Under the pieces are notes generated by a model. That model was not told the DNA's origin. It worked only from the letters and a program-made list of their open reading frames with translations, and searched no databases. A DNA stretch of 64,000 bases from an uncultured Cellvibrionaceae bacterium (GTDB lineage: Bacteria > Pseudomonadota > Gammaproteobacteria > Pseudomonadales > Cellvibrionaceae), in assembly GCA_964581625.1 (NCBI GenBank), contig CAZOPE010000013.1, positions 1,833 through 65,832 of the forward strand, given 5' to 3'. Position 1 is the first letter of the stretch. Each line of letters starts with the position of its first letter. This document shows, piece by piece, positions 19,530 through 29,606 of the stretch. The position numbers and the translations under genes are program-made.

Positions 19530-20831
19530 TTAAATGGTTTTTGCAAAAATTAATCCACCCCACACAACATTTCTGTCGCCATCACCCTCTCTTATCTCAG
19601 AGGATTGCGCGCGCAATACGTAGCTTACGCGGTAACCTTGGCGAAACGCATAGGTGTAACCCGCCCAACCTTCAAGAATGACGGGGCGCAAATCAGAATA
19701 GTTATACGAAAAATCGGTCTCTCTAAATTGCCCTTGCAAAAAAGCGTTATAAAAGCGGGCTTTTACACTAAAGCCTGCCCAAAAATAATGTTCGTTTGTG
19801 CTGGCGGTATTGTTGCTGTATGTAGATTTTTCGCCGTAACTGATTAAATCTGGATTAAAGCTCGCCCAGGGGCTAATAATTTTTCCCGTGCGCAAACTTA
19901 AGCCCCAGCTAGTTTCCGTGAGATAACCTACCGATGCCTGTACCGTACTTTTTAATTCAACCGAATGAGAGCCTGTTGCGAGGTATGCCTGCCGCGCAAT
20001 GACATAGCGGCCCGTTATTTCACCGCCATCACTGATTTGATGATCCCAACCATGTGCGTCGCTACTTTGCGTTTCGCGGTGAGCTGCATTTTGCAAATCG
20101 CCCACAATACCTAAACCTAAAACACCCAGGGTTAAACTAGTATTCCATGCAACATTTTTGTCGGTATCTATTTGCTCGTGCGCGCTTGAGAAATAAACCA
20201 GGCTTGCATAAGGGCGATCTGTTTCGTTGATGGTGGTGCGCTCCAACTCTTTCGGCGTAAAGCCGTACAAACCAATTTCAACACTGTAGTTATCTATTGC
20301 GTGAGGGCTAGAAAGTTTTTGTACACCCAAGAACGAATCAATTGCGGCAAGCGGCGTTTTCAGCGATATAGGCGCATAAGTTGCACTTTCACCAGAATAG
20401 GTAAGATTTGTACCGTAGGTGTAATCACGATCGCGGTGGCCGGGAGCCAGCAAGTCATTATCAAAAGACAATGCCCAACTGGTTTTGGATTTCTTGGCGT
20501 CTGCAGTGAACATCGGACGCTTTTCATCATCAACCAAAGCCGCCAACTGCAGCCATTGGGTTTGCGGCTTAGTCGCCAAATAATCACTCGCATCTGCTTT
20601 GGAATAATGCGCGGTTGAAATAAGCAAAACAGCCGCAAACACCTGAACCAGGACTGCGCGCAAGTAAAACAGACCATCTGATATCAAGCCCAGCCGCGTT
20701 TTTTTCAGAGCTGACGCTTTCGCAGATGCTTCGGGCAAGCGAGTGCTAAATTCGGGTAGCGGCTGGGTATGCGCCACGGAGAATCCAGCTGGTGCAAGCT
20801 TGTATTCCTTGGAGTCAATCAAACCATTCAT
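19530..20831 (-). CDS. LpxR/DUF2219-family outer-membrane protein (lipid A deacylase-like)
   Basis: FDNDLLAPGHRDRDYTYG, DRPYASLVYF, GWDHQI, YNAFLQGQF; terminal aromatic residue near the end. Start taken at ATG 20831 (ORF open to 20873). Confidence 0.75.
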   Translation of the reverse strand: MNGLIDSKEYKLAPAGFSVAHTQPLPEFSTRLPEASAKASALKKTRLGLISDGLFYLRAVLVQVFAAVLLISTAHYSKADASDYLATKPQTQWLQLAALVDDEKRPMFTADAKKSKTSWALSFDNDLLAPGHRDRDYTYGTNLTYSGESATYAPISLKTPLAAIDSFLGVQKLSSPHAIDNYSVEIGLYGFTPKELERTTINETDRPYASLVYFSSAHEQIDTDKNVAWNTSLTLGVLGLGIVGDLQNAAHRETQSSDAHGWDHQISDGGEITGRYVIARQAYLATGSHSVELKSTVQASVGYLTETSWGLSLRTGKIISPWASFNPDLISYGEKSTYSNNTASTNEHYFWAGFSVKARFYNAFLQGQFRETDFSYNYSDLRPVILEGWAGYTYAFRQGYRVSYVLRAQSSEIREGDGDRNVVWGGLIFAKTI

Positions 20832-20845
20832 AAAATCACCATTAA

Positions 20846-20859
20846 ATGACCAGTCGTCT
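20846..20859. promoter_or_regulatory. Candidate TetR operator, copy 2
   Basis: ATGACCAGTCGTCT, identical to the 14-mer at 21562-21575. Confidence 0.6.
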
Positions 20860-20965
20860 TCTTTTTGAACCAAAACGAACGCGGCTTTTGGCCACGATGT
20901 TTAGGGAACATCCATTAGGACGAAGGATATAGGTCTTAAACAAATAATTAAGTACGCTTAATTAC

Positions 20966-21550
20966 TTAGTTGTTACCCAAAATGCTGGGCAGGGCTACTA
21001 AAAACGCATCAAGAGGTTCACGGCACTTGGTGGCTTTCATGCGCATCAAGGTGCCTTCCCACGCGTTGAACAGGAATTCTGCAAGCAAGCTGGCAGAAAT
21101 TGAGTTTTTAAGGCTTCCATCAAGCCGAGCTTCTTCAAGCAAGTCTTCCACTATTTGAGTCTTGTTGCGCATCATTTGGCGCACCTTGATCCGAATAGCT
21201 TCGTTGGAATCCGACATCTCCTGGCACATGTTGCCGATAAAGCAGCCGCCATTAAGGTTGGATTCGCAGCCGGGAACACTGTTTTCAAAGAAGTTCTTCA
21301 AACGCTCAAGTGGCGGAACCTTGCGGTCGCCTACCAGCTTCTTGGTTGCCGTCATGCGTTCTTCCGCAACCATCTCTATAGCTGCGAGGGCAAAATCCTC
21401 TTTGCTTTTGAAATAGGTGTAGAAAGAGCCCTTAGGCACCGAAGCGGCATCGACTATGTCCTGAATACTGGTGCCGTTGTAGCCACGGGTGGCCATAACC
21501 TTAATGCCAGCCTCAAGAAGATAGTCTTTTTTAAGTTCGCGTTTGCTCAT
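20966..21550 (-). CDS. TetR-family regulator (NemR-like)
   Basis: LLEAGIKVMATRGYNGTSIQDIVDAASVPKGSFYTYFKSKEDF; C-terminal GGCFIGNMCQEMS. Confidence 0.88.
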   Translation of the reverse strand: MSKRELKKDYLLEAGIKVMATRGYNGTSIQDIVDAASVPKGSFYTYFKSKEDFALAAIEMVAEERMTATKKLVGDRKVPPLERLKNFFENSVPGCESNLNGGCFIGNMCQEMSDSNEAIRIKVRQMMRNKTQIVEDLLEEARLDGSLKNSISASLLAEFLFNAWEGTLMRMKATKCREPLDAFLVALPSILGNN

Positions 21551-21561
21551 GGGGCAATAAT

Positions 21562-21575
21562 ATGACCAGTCGTCT
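21562..21575. promoter_or_regulatory. Candidate TetR auto-operator
   Basis: ATGACCAGTCGTCT 12 bp upstream of the tetR start; resembles the NemR box TAGACCGACTGGTCTA. Confidence 0.6.
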
Positions 21576-21632
21576 GTGTTTTCAAGTGCAAGATTAAAAT
21601 TTTATTATGGCTATGGGAGAGCGTGAATCAAT

Positions 21633-22373
21633 TTATGTGCTGCGTTGCCTTACCGCTTCAAATAACACAACCCCGGTAGCAACGGATACGTTGAGGCTAC
21701 TCACAGTACCAGCCATGGGGATATTGATTAAGTGATCACAAGTTTCCTGCGTTAACCGCCGCAAGCCATCGCCTTCGGCACCCATAAGAATTCCTATGTT
21801 GCCAGTAAGGTTTGCTTGATATACCGATGCTTGTGCTTCACCCGCAGCACCAAATAACCACACACCTTTTTCTTGCAACTTCTTTAGTGTGCGAGCGAGA
21901 TTAGTGACGGGTACAAGCGGCAGCACTTCGGCGGCACCGCAGGCAACTTTGCGAGCAACCGGGGTAAGCCCAACAGATTTATCTTTAGGGACGATAACCA
22001 CATGAACACCCGCTGCTTCTGCCGTGCGCATACAGGCGCCTAGGTTATGAGGATCTGTAACGCCATCCAAAATCAATACGAATGCGGGTTCATTTAGATT
22101 TTCAAGCAAATCGAATAGGAACTTTTCATCGTGAATTTCACCTGGCGTACAAACGGCAACAACACCTTGGTGGTTTTCATCACCAACCAGTTCATCCAAT
22201 TTTTTGCGCTCAACAACTTTGCAGCTAATGTCGTTACTTTGAGCAAGATTGAGAATTTTAGTGAGACGCTGGTCATTTCTGCCTTGCACCATAAAAACTT
22301 CAAGCACACGCTGCGGCGCACTTTTTAAAAGTGCCTGCACCGAATGCAGGCCGAAAATGTGTTCGTTTTTCAA
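21633..22373 (-). CDS. rlmB: 23S rRNA (Gm2251) 2'-O-methyltransferase
   Basis: IFGLHSVQALL, LDGVTDPHNLGACMRTA, GAEGDGLRRLT, SLNVSVATGVVLFE; follows rnr. Confidence 0.95.
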   Translation of the reverse strand: MKNEHIFGLHSVQALLKSAPQRVLEVFMVQGRNDQRLTKILNLAQSNDISCKVVERKKLDELVGDENHQGVVAVCTPGEIHDEKFLFDLLENLNEPAFVLILDGVTDPHNLGACMRTAEAAGVHVVIVPKDKSVGLTPVARKVACGAAEVLPLVPVTNLARTLKKLQEKGVWLFGAAGEAQASVYQANLTGNIGILMGAEGDGLRRLTQETCDHLINIPMAGTVSSLNVSVATGVVLFEAVRQRST

Positions 22374-22447
22374 AAATAGTTACTCTGTCGCTTGTTTAAA
22401 ATAAATCTTGCTGTGTTTTCATATCAGAATCGGTTTTAAGCCAACGA

Positions 22448-25228
22448 TTAAGCCTTGTCGTTAGATTTACCCAGCGCTTTTTTAACAGCAGCTTTCGCCT
22501 TAGCAACGAGTGACGAAGCCGAGTTTGGCGAAGATTGCTGAACTGGTGATACCGCCTTCTTGCGCGAAGCCTTTTCTGTTTGCTCGCCATTATTTACCTC
22601 GCTGGATTTTTTCGCCTTAACCGATGCAGGTTTTGTAGTATCGGTTTTATCCAATGATTTATTAGCCGCCTTGGCAGCTGCTCTTGGCTTTGCTGGCGGA
22701 GAAATTATTTCAGCTGCTTTCTTAGCGGCAGCTATTTTTTCTGCCTTAGTCTGCGCGGGCGTTTTAGCAGGGGTTGATTTTACCCGTTTGCTTTCAGGGG
22801 ATTTACCCAAGGACGTTTTAGGGGAGGAACTTTTGCCAGCAGATTTCTGCGCAGGTTTTGCAGATTTTTCAGCTTTGCTTTTTGAGGCTTTTTTTGTCGC
22901 TGTAGATTTCGCACCTTCGGTGGCACGCACTTTTTTCTTTTCCGCTTTTTTAACCACAATCGGCACTATAGATTTTTTAGGGCGGCGAATGGCGTTATCC
23001 GATTCCAACTCAAAATCAATTTTACGATTTTCCAAATCGACCCGAACAACACGCACAACAAGTTCATCGCCCAAACCAAATACACGACGAGTGCGATCCC
23101 CAACCAACCTGTGTTGTGCCGCTTCAAAACGGTAGTAATCGTGTGGCAAGGCGGTGATATGAACCAAGCCATCCACATACAAATCTTTTAATTCAACAAA
23201 CAAACCAAAACCTGTTACTGCACTTACGTGGCCAGCGAATACCGCCCCCACTTGATCGCGCAAGTATTCACATTTCAACCAGCTCACTACATCGCGCGTT
23301 GCTTCATCTGCACGGCGCTCAGTTAATGAGCACTGTTCACCAAAAACCACCATATCGTTAGCGGTATAAGGATAAATTTGGCGAGTAGGGATAGGCATAG
23401 CGCCGACGGCGCGTCGCACATGTGTTGTTGGTGTTTCACTACGAATAACAGAGCGAATTGCGCGGTGAACTAAAAGATCTGGGTAGCGGCGAATAGGCGA
23501 CGTGAAGTGTGTGTAAGCATCGTAACCCAAACCGAAATGGCCGCGATTTTCCACTTGATACATGGCTTGGCGCAAACTGCGCAACATGACGGTTTGTATC
23601 ATGTTGGAGTCGCTACGGCCTTCAATATGTTGCATCAACTGTTGGTAGTCGCCTGATGTTGGCTCAGCGCCACCCGCTAACCCTAAACCCAATTCAGCAA
23701 GGAATTCACGCAAGTTAGTGAGCTTTTGTTCTGTTGGCCCTTCGTGTACGCGGTACAGACCTACAAGATTATGTTTTTCTAAAAACTTCGCCGAACACAC
23801 GTTGGCGCACAGCATACATTCTTCAATTAATTTATGCGCATCGTTACGTTTAACTGGCACTATGCGTTCAATTTTACGGTCTTCATTAAATTGAATTCGC
23901 GTTTCCACTGTATCGAAATCAATTGCACCACGTTCATCACGCGCCACACGTAAACATTGATAAAGTTTGTGCAACAACTCCAACTGCGGTACAACCTGTT
24001 TGTATTCTTCGCGCAGCGCTTTCGCTTCGTCATCAGATTCGGTGAGGATTTTTCCTACCTTGGTATAAGTTAAGCGCGCGTGCGAATACATCACGCCTTC
24101 ATAAAACTCATAACCCGTAATTTTTCCTGCATCAGTGATCGTCATTTCGCACACCATGCACAAACGATCTACCTGCGGGTTCAACGAACACAATCCGTTC
24201 GATAGCGCTTCCGGCAGCATGGGTACAACGTAATCAGGGAAATAAACCGAATTGCCACGGCTGCGCGCTTCCATATCCAACGCGCTATTTACTTTCACGT
24301 AGTGGGATACATCTGCAATCGCAACAAACAAACGCCAGCCACCGCGACGGCGCTCGCACAAAACAGCATCGTCAAAATCACGTGCATCTTCACCATCAAT
24401 TGTCACGAAAGGTAAATGGCGAACGTCTACGCGATGTAATTTATCTTGCTCAGCAACTTCTGCGGGTAACACCGCCGCTTCCGTCACTACATCCTGCGGC
24501 CAAACGTGCGGAATACCGTGCGCCTGAATAGCCAATTCGATTTCCATTCCTGGCGCCATGTGATCGCCCAGCACCTGAATAACACGCCCCATCGGCAGGC
24601 GATTTTTATCGGGCTGCTGAGTAATTTCAGCAACAACAATTTGACCGTGGGTAGCACCACCGTAGGCACCAAAAGGAATCATAATGTCTTGGGTGATGCG
24701 CGCATTTTCTGGCCGCACAAATTGCACACCGTCTTCATTAAAAAAACGACCTGCCAATTGCGTAGTGTTGCGCGCTAGCACTTCAACAATGGCGCCTTCT
24801 TCTTTGCCACGATATTGCTCGCCAGACAAACGCACCAGCACCTCGTCGCCATCGAACACACGGCGCATTTGACGGTTATGTAAATAAATGTCTTCGCCGC
24901 CGTTGGCCGGAATCACAAACCCATAACCATCTTTATGGCCCTGAACTCGTCCACGGATAACATCAATTTTATCGAGACGAAGGTAAGCATCTTTGCGGTT
25001 GCTGATCAGCTGGCCATCGCGCGCCATGGCGATGAGCCTGCGTCGTAGGGCTTCAACTTGGTCTTCATCGGTAAGATTGAGGATCTCGCACATTTGCGGA
25101 TGGGTAATGGGCTCTGAGGCGTTATCGAGCAAGTCCAAAATGTACTCGCGGCTGGGAATGGGATTTTCGTATTTCTCAGCTTCGCGAGCGGCAAAAGCGT
25201 CTTGATGCGGCGTTTTACGTTTGGTCAA
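22448..25228 (-). CDS. rnr: Ribonuclease R
   Basis: TIDGEDARDFDDAV, HFTSPIRRYPDLLVHR, S1 domain, long Lys/Ala-rich tail. Confidence 0.97.
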   Translation of the reverse strand: MTKRKTPHQDAFAAREAEKYENPIPSREYILDLLDNASEPITHPQMCEILNLTDEDQVEALRRRLIAMARDGQLISNRKDAYLRLDKIDVIRGRVQGHKDGYGFVIPANGGEDIYLHNRQMRRVFDGDEVLVRLSGEQYRGKEEGAIVEVLARNTTQLAGRFFNEDGVQFVRPENARITQDIMIPFGAYGGATHGQIVVAEITQQPDKNRLPMGRVIQVLGDHMAPGMEIELAIQAHGIPHVWPQDVVTEAAVLPAEVAEQDKLHRVDVRHLPFVTIDGEDARDFDDAVLCERRRGGWRLFVAIADVSHYVKVNSALDMEARSRGNSVYFPDYVVPMLPEALSNGLCSLNPQVDRLCMVCEMTITDAGKITGYEFYEGVMYSHARLTYTKVGKILTESDDEAKALREEYKQVVPQLELLHKLYQCLRVARDERGAIDFDTVETRIQFNEDRKIERIVPVKRNDAHKLIEECMLCANVCSAKFLEKHNLVGLYRVHEGPTEQKLTNLREFLAELGLGLAGGAEPTSGDYQQLMQHIEGRSDSNMIQTVMLRSLRQAMYQVENRGHFGLGYDAYTHFTSPIRRYPDLLVHRAIRSVIRSETPTTHVRRAVGAMPIPTRQIYPYTANDMVVFGEQCSLTERRADEATRDVVSWLKCEYLRDQVGAVFAGHVSAVTGFGLFVELKDLYVDGLVHITALPHDYYRFEAAQHRLVGDRTRRVFGLGDELVVRVVRVDLENRKIDFELESDNAIRRPKKSIVPIVVKKAEKKKVRATEGAKSTATKKASKSKAEKSAKPAQKSAGKSSSPKTSLGKSPESKRVKSTPAKTPAQTKAEKIAAAKKAAEIISPPAKPRAAAKAANKSLDKTDTTKPASVKAKKSSEVNNGEQTEKASRKKAVSPVQQSSPNSASSLVAKAKAAVKKALGKSNDKA

Positions 25229-25346
25229 AGGAAGTGTCCTGTAGTGTTAAAGCAGCCTCTTGGCTGCCCTATTTGGCTGAATGCCATCTTCGTTTAATTA
25301 TAGGGTAGTCATTATGACAAACCCACAAATATAATCAGTTTGCGCG

Positions 25347-25375
25347 TTGACAAGCCTTGAGCTGCTATTTATAGT
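25347..25375 (+). promoter_or_regulatory. Sigma70 promoter for tRNA-Leu
   Basis: TTGACA (25347-52), 17-nt spacer, TATAGT (25370-75), followed by a GC-rich discriminator. Confidence 0.8.
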
Positions 25376-25401
25376 TCGCCGCCTTGGCCAACGGCCAAAA
25401 T

Positions 25402-25486
25402 GCCCAGGTGGTGAAATTGGTAGACACGCCAGCTTCAGGTGTTGGTGGCGCAAGCTGTGCCGGTTCGAGTCCGGCCCTGGGCACCA
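25402..25486 (+). tRNA. tRNA-Leu(CAG)
   Basis: GCCCAGG/CCTGGGC acceptor stem, D-arm GGTGAAATTGGTAGAC, anticodon loop TT-CAG-GT, long variable arm, GGTTCGAGTCC T-arm, encoded CCA; 85 nt. Confidence 0.97.
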
Positions 25487-25512
25487 AATTCAAATGGCCT
25501 ACTCTGGCCTCG

Positions 25513-25549
25513 AAAAAAGCCTCGATGTGAAAACATCGGGGCTTTTTTT
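25513..25549 (+). terminator. Rho-independent terminator after tRNA
   Basis: AAAAAAGCCTCGATGT-gaaa-ACATCGGGGCTTTTTTT. Confidence 0.9.
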
Positions 25550-25664
25550 GTTTCCGCCTGTGCACGTTCGCCCACCGCAACACACGATTTGAAAGTGGCC
25601 GCCGGTGAACTTCCCACTCTAAAATTCGTCACACACGTATACCCAACGCTTAGAGGTAAATACC

Positions 25665-27041
25665 ATGTCGCAATTTCGCATAGAACACGACACCATGGGC
25701 GAGGTGCAAGTTCCCGTGACAGCACTTTACGGCGCACAAACGCAACGTGCCCTCAATAATTTTCAACTAAGCCATTTGCAACTACCCAGTGCATTTATTC
25801 ACGCCGTTGCGCACATTAAAAAAGCTGCTGCACAAACAAACCTTCAATTGGATTTATTAGATGCAGATGTCGCCAAGGCAATTGCAGATGCCTCGGACGC
25901 CATTATTGCCAATAAATATGCGGATCAATTTCCGGTTGACGTTTTTCAAACCGGATCTGGCACTAGCACCAATATGAACGTGAATGAAGTTATTGCACAC
26001 TTGGCGAGTGCTGCACTGGGGGAAAAAGTGCATGCGAATGATCACGTCAACATGTGCCAAAGTAGCAATGACACGATTCCGAGCGCCATTCATATGAGCG
26101 CCGCCATTGCATTTGAACGCTATTTATTTCCTGCACTCGAAAATTTACACACACATTTGCTGGGTAAATCAGAACACTTACATCATTTGGTGAAAACTGG
26201 CCGCACACATTTAATGGACGCAATGCCGCTCACATTCGGCCAAGAGATTGGTGGCTGGGCAAGCCAGATTGAAAGCAACTATGTGCGTTTGAAAACACTC
26301 TTTCCACAGCTATTGCAGCTTGCTCAAGGTGGTACTGCCGTTGGCACTGGCGTTAATGCTGATTCGAAGTTTGCGGCCCTGTTCGCACAACATTTAGGTG
26401 ATAACACAGGCTTATCTTTTGTTCCTGCGAGTAACTTCTTCGCGTTAATGAGCTCACAAGACACTGCTGTAGCGGCTTCCGGGCAACTTAAAACATTGGC
26501 GGTTAGTCTTATGAAAATTGCGAATGATTTGCGCTGGATGAATTCAGGCCCCTTAGCGGGGCTTTCCGAAATTAGTTTGCCAGCACTACAACCAGGGTCA
26601 TCGATTATGCCGGGCAAGGTGAACCCAGTCATTCCCGAAGCAGTGTGCATGGCCTGCGCGCAGGTTGTAGGCAACGACGCCAGTATCACAATTGCAGGGC
26701 AATCTGGAAATTTTCAACTAAATGTTATGCTACCGTTAATTGCTTACAATTTATTGCAATCCATTCAGCTCTTGAGCAATGCAAGCAATCAGCTCGCCGA
26801 CATGATCGCAGGCTTCACGGTAAACCAACCTAATATTGAACATGCTCTTGTGCGAAATCCCATATTAATCACTGCGCTAAACTCAATAATTGGATACGAA
26901 AAAGCCGCTGCAATCGCGAAAAAAGCGTACGCAGAAGGCAAACCCATCATTGATGTGGCCGAAGCAGAAACCCATATTAGCCGCACGGAGCTTGAGCACC
27001 TGTTAAACCCACAATTCCTTACAAACAACCTTGGGAAATAG
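25665..27041 (+). CDS. fumC: Class II fumarate hydratase
   Basis: FRIEHDTMGEVQVP, YGAQTQRA, QTGSGTSTNMNVNEV, GSSIMPGKVNP. Confidence 0.9.
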   Translation: MSQFRIEHDTMGEVQVPVTALYGAQTQRALNNFQLSHLQLPSAFIHAVAHIKKAAAQTNLQLDLLDADVAKAIADASDAIIANKYADQFPVDVFQTGSGTSTNMNVNEVIAHLASAALGEKVHANDHVNMCQSSNDTIPSAIHMSAAIAFERYLFPALENLHTHLLGKSEHLHHLVKTGRTHLMDAMPLTFGQEIGGWASQIESNYVRLKTLFPQLLQLAQGGTAVGTGVNADSKFAALFAQHLGDNTGLSFVPASNFFALMSSQDTAVAASGQLKTLAVSLMKIANDLRWMNSGPLAGLSEISLPALQPGSSIMPGKVNPVIPEAVCMACAQVVGNDASITIAGQSGNFQLNVMLPLIAYNLLQSIQLLSNASNQLADMIAGFTVNQPNIEHALVRNPILITALNSIIGYEKAAAIAKKAYAEGKPIIDVAEAETHISRTELEHLLNPQFLTNNLGK

Positions 27042-27229
27042 CATTCACGGGAGATGAAATAAAGCGTATACGTATAAGCCAATAAAAAATAAACAAAAGG
27101 TCCCTAGCGCCATTCCGGATAATTTACGTGCGGTCATATAAGCCTCACCTACGGTTCAATTAAAACGCTTTAATCAGAACCCATTAAACCGCGCTCAAAT
27201 ATGAGCGATGAATTAAGCGCGGTTGTTGT

Positions 27230-28690
27230 TCAATTCAGATTGGGATAATTAATGATGATATTGACACGTCGATTCTGCTGACGACCTTCCTCAGTAGCGT
27301 TGTACGCGTAACGACGCGAATATCCAAAGCCTTCCGGAGTTAAGCGTGACCGGCTTACACCCGCTTTTTCCACGAGATAATCCACAACTTTTTGCGCACG
27401 CGCTAGAGAGATTTTCTGAGCAGTATTGGGAGAGGTATTATCGGTATGCCCTTCCACTGTTGCAGTAACGTCGGGGTTGTCGTTCAGAAATTTTCCCACA
27501 CGATTCAGTTCGGAATAATATTCCTCTGCAACATTGGATTGGTTGCGCTCGTATTCCATACGCAAAGCCATGGTCACGCGCGCGCTTAAAGGTTGTAAAC
27601 CCGCTATATCATTTGCACAAGAGATAACCGATTTAATACGGCGATTGTGGCGTTTGCCATCTTCCGTACTGTTGTCTGCAACGGGTTGACTCTCACCATA
27701 ACCTGCAGCCTTCAACCGATTTTTAGCAATATTATAATTAGCAACTAAATAATCAACCACGCTCTCAGCCCTGCGTTGAGATAGTTTTACATTTCTGTCG
27801 GCATCTCCAACATCGTCCGTATGACCTTCAATTACGGCGGTAGTTGCAGGGTATTTGTTCAAGAAATTTGCAACAACAGCGATTTTTTCTTTTTCAGCCC
27901 GCTGAACTTGTGCGTTATCAATCTCGAATTCTATGTCGAGCGTGGTGCAATATTCCTGTAGGCGGACGGCAGGAACTGGAGCAGATGTAAATGCAGCAAC
28001 AGGCGCTGCTTTACGGCCAAACTTATAAACCACTCCCATATTCACTGAATCAGCGTAACCTTTTTCGTTGATTGCATCATTTACACGATAGCGCTCTACC
28101 CCAAAACGCGCAGCCCAAGATGAGGTAAAACCGTACTGAATCCCTAACCCAATTTTTGGATTGAGATTTTTATCAACTCTAGAGGTATCGCTTACAAAAA
28201 TAGCTTCGCTCGGATTGAAATGATCTTTTCGCTCCACATGGGTGATGCCCACCAAGCCAAAGCCTGACAACTTTTCAGTGAAAGGGATGCTTCCAATTAA
28301 ATCAAGATGTATACCTCTAAACCGGCTTTTTCCGTAAAGTGATCCTTCAGGAGTAACTCGTGCAGTGAAATCAGTTTCGCCCAAATCAAAGTAACCCGCT
28401 TCCAAACTCACATGAGAATTAAATTGAAATCCCGCAAAAACTTTAAAACCATCATCCGTTTTATTGCCGTCTATAGAATTAACCGTAAATTGATTAGTAG
28501 CGATTTGCGCTGCAATATCTCTATTGTCTAAGTCGTAATACGTTTTCCCGATCGCCCCGCCTAAGTACCAACCGCGGTTCTCATCAGCACGTACTATGCC
28601 CGCATTTAAAATACACAAAATAAAGAGCAGCATAAGCAGGTAAGGCTTAAGCGTGACAAAAGAGATATTGAACTTCTCGTTTAACTTCAT
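27230..28690 (-). CDS. OmpA-family protein: N-terminal beta-barrel plus two tandem OmpA C-terminal domains
   Basis: Start ATG 28690 (AAGGAG RBS); GWYLGGAIG barrel start; two copies of EGHTD...LS..RA..V..YL...GYG..P/RY..N.TE.G...NRR. Confidence 0.88.
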   Translation of the reverse strand: MKLNEKFNISFVTLKPYLLMLLFILCILNAGIVRADENRGWYLGGAIGKTYYDLDNRDIAAQIATNQFTVNSIDGNKTDDGFKVFAGFQFNSHVSLEAGYFDLGETDFTARVTPEGSLYGKSRFRGIHLDLIGSIPFTEKLSGFGLVGITHVERKDHFNPSEAIFVSDTSRVDKNLNPKIGLGIQYGFTSSWAARFGVERYRVNDAINEKGYADSVNMGVVYKFGRKAAPVAAFTSAPVPAVRLQEYCTTLDIEFEIDNAQVQRAEKEKIAVVANFLNKYPATTAVIEGHTDDVGDADRNVKLSQRRAESVVDYLVANYNIAKNRLKAAGYGESQPVADNSTEDGKRHNRRIKSVISCANDIAGLQPLSARVTMALRMEYERNQSNVAEEYYSELNRVGKFLNDNPDVTATVEGHTDNTSPNTAQKISLARAQKVVDYLVEKAGVSRSRLTPEGFGYSRRYAYNATEEGRQQNRRVNIIINYPNLN

Positions 28691-28864
28691 GGTCTTCTCC
28701 TTAGGGTTAGCTCCTTGATGACAGCGATACAAATCAAGGCTCATCGATCTCAGCTACTGCATGCTCATTTTTAACAGTGCAGTTGAAGAACTCGGTGCGC
28801 TAACCAACGCTATTGTTTGTATTAAACAAGCGCCTAGGCGACACACTTTATTAAATACCGAAAT

Positions 28865-28894
28865 AAAAAAGCTCCGCCATTGCAGAGCTTTTTT
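28865..28894. terminator. Bidirectional-looking terminator after the BON gene
   Basis: AAAAAAGCTC-cgccattgca-GAGCTTTTTT. Confidence 0.7.
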
Positions 28895-28934
28895 ATTATA
28901 GAATTTGTGTATTTTATTTTTTTCTCACATGTCT

Positions 28935-29357
28935 TTATCGCACATACATAGCGTTAGTAACTGACTTAACGCCTTCTACAGACTTAGCTACTTTGATCGC
29001 TTCGTGCTGGGTATCCATTGAACTAACAACACCGCTCAGTTGAACAATGCCTCTATAGGTATCTACGTTGACCTCCGTCGCTTTTAGTAAGTCATCAGCA
29101 ACCAGAGCAGCCTTAACTTTTGCGGTAAGCATAGAATCATCAATATATTCGCCCGTGCTCTCGTGCTTTAGATTGGAGGTGCATGACACTAAAAAAATCA
29201 GACATAAAGTCACCAAAAAAAGAGGAATATTTTTTAACAATGCTTTAACAACAATTTTACTAATCGGCACTTCTTCAGGCGCTGGATATATGGATGACAT
29301 ATCCAACTCATTATTTACGTGCAGTTGTTCGGAATGGTCGTGGACACGAGTATTCAT
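28935..29357 (-). CDS. BON-domain (OsmY-like) lipoprotein
   Basis: STGEYIDDSMLTAKVKAAL, VNVDTYRGIVQLSG, VEGVKSVTN. Confidence 0.85.
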   Translation of the reverse strand: MNTRVHDHSEQLHVNNELDMSSIYPAPEEVPISKIVVKALLKNIPLFLVTLCLIFLVSCTSNLKHESTGEYIDDSMLTAKVKAALVADDLLKATEVNVDTYRGIVQLSGVVSSMDTQHEAIKVAKSVEGVKSVTNAMYVR

Positions 29358-29606
29358 AAGCCAACTCCTACTGTACCTATCCCTACATTAAAGATGCTTG
29401 ATTGGGCAGTGTTTTAAGCTGCCCCTCAAAGACTACAATCGCCCTGTTAACAACAGTATCAACAGTATGATAATTACTAAACCTAAGCCTCCACTCGGGC
29501 CATAGCCCCAGCTACGGCTGTGCGGCCAACTGGGAATTGCACCTATAAGCGCAAGAATTAAGATCACTAAAAGTATTGTTCCTAACGTCATAATTTTTTA
29601 CCTCGC

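Noticed and set aside
22560-23135. 191-aa plus-strand ORF
   Set aside because: Antisense shadow of the low-complexity rnr tail.
25402-25660. tRNA-Leu as an island integration site
   Set aside because: No integrase follows (fumC does), and no duplicated tRNA 3' end was seen in the window.
25347-25759. ORFs 25347-25592, 25365-25583, 25435-25737 and 25439-25759
   Set aside because: Shadow translations of the tRNA, its promoter and its terminator.
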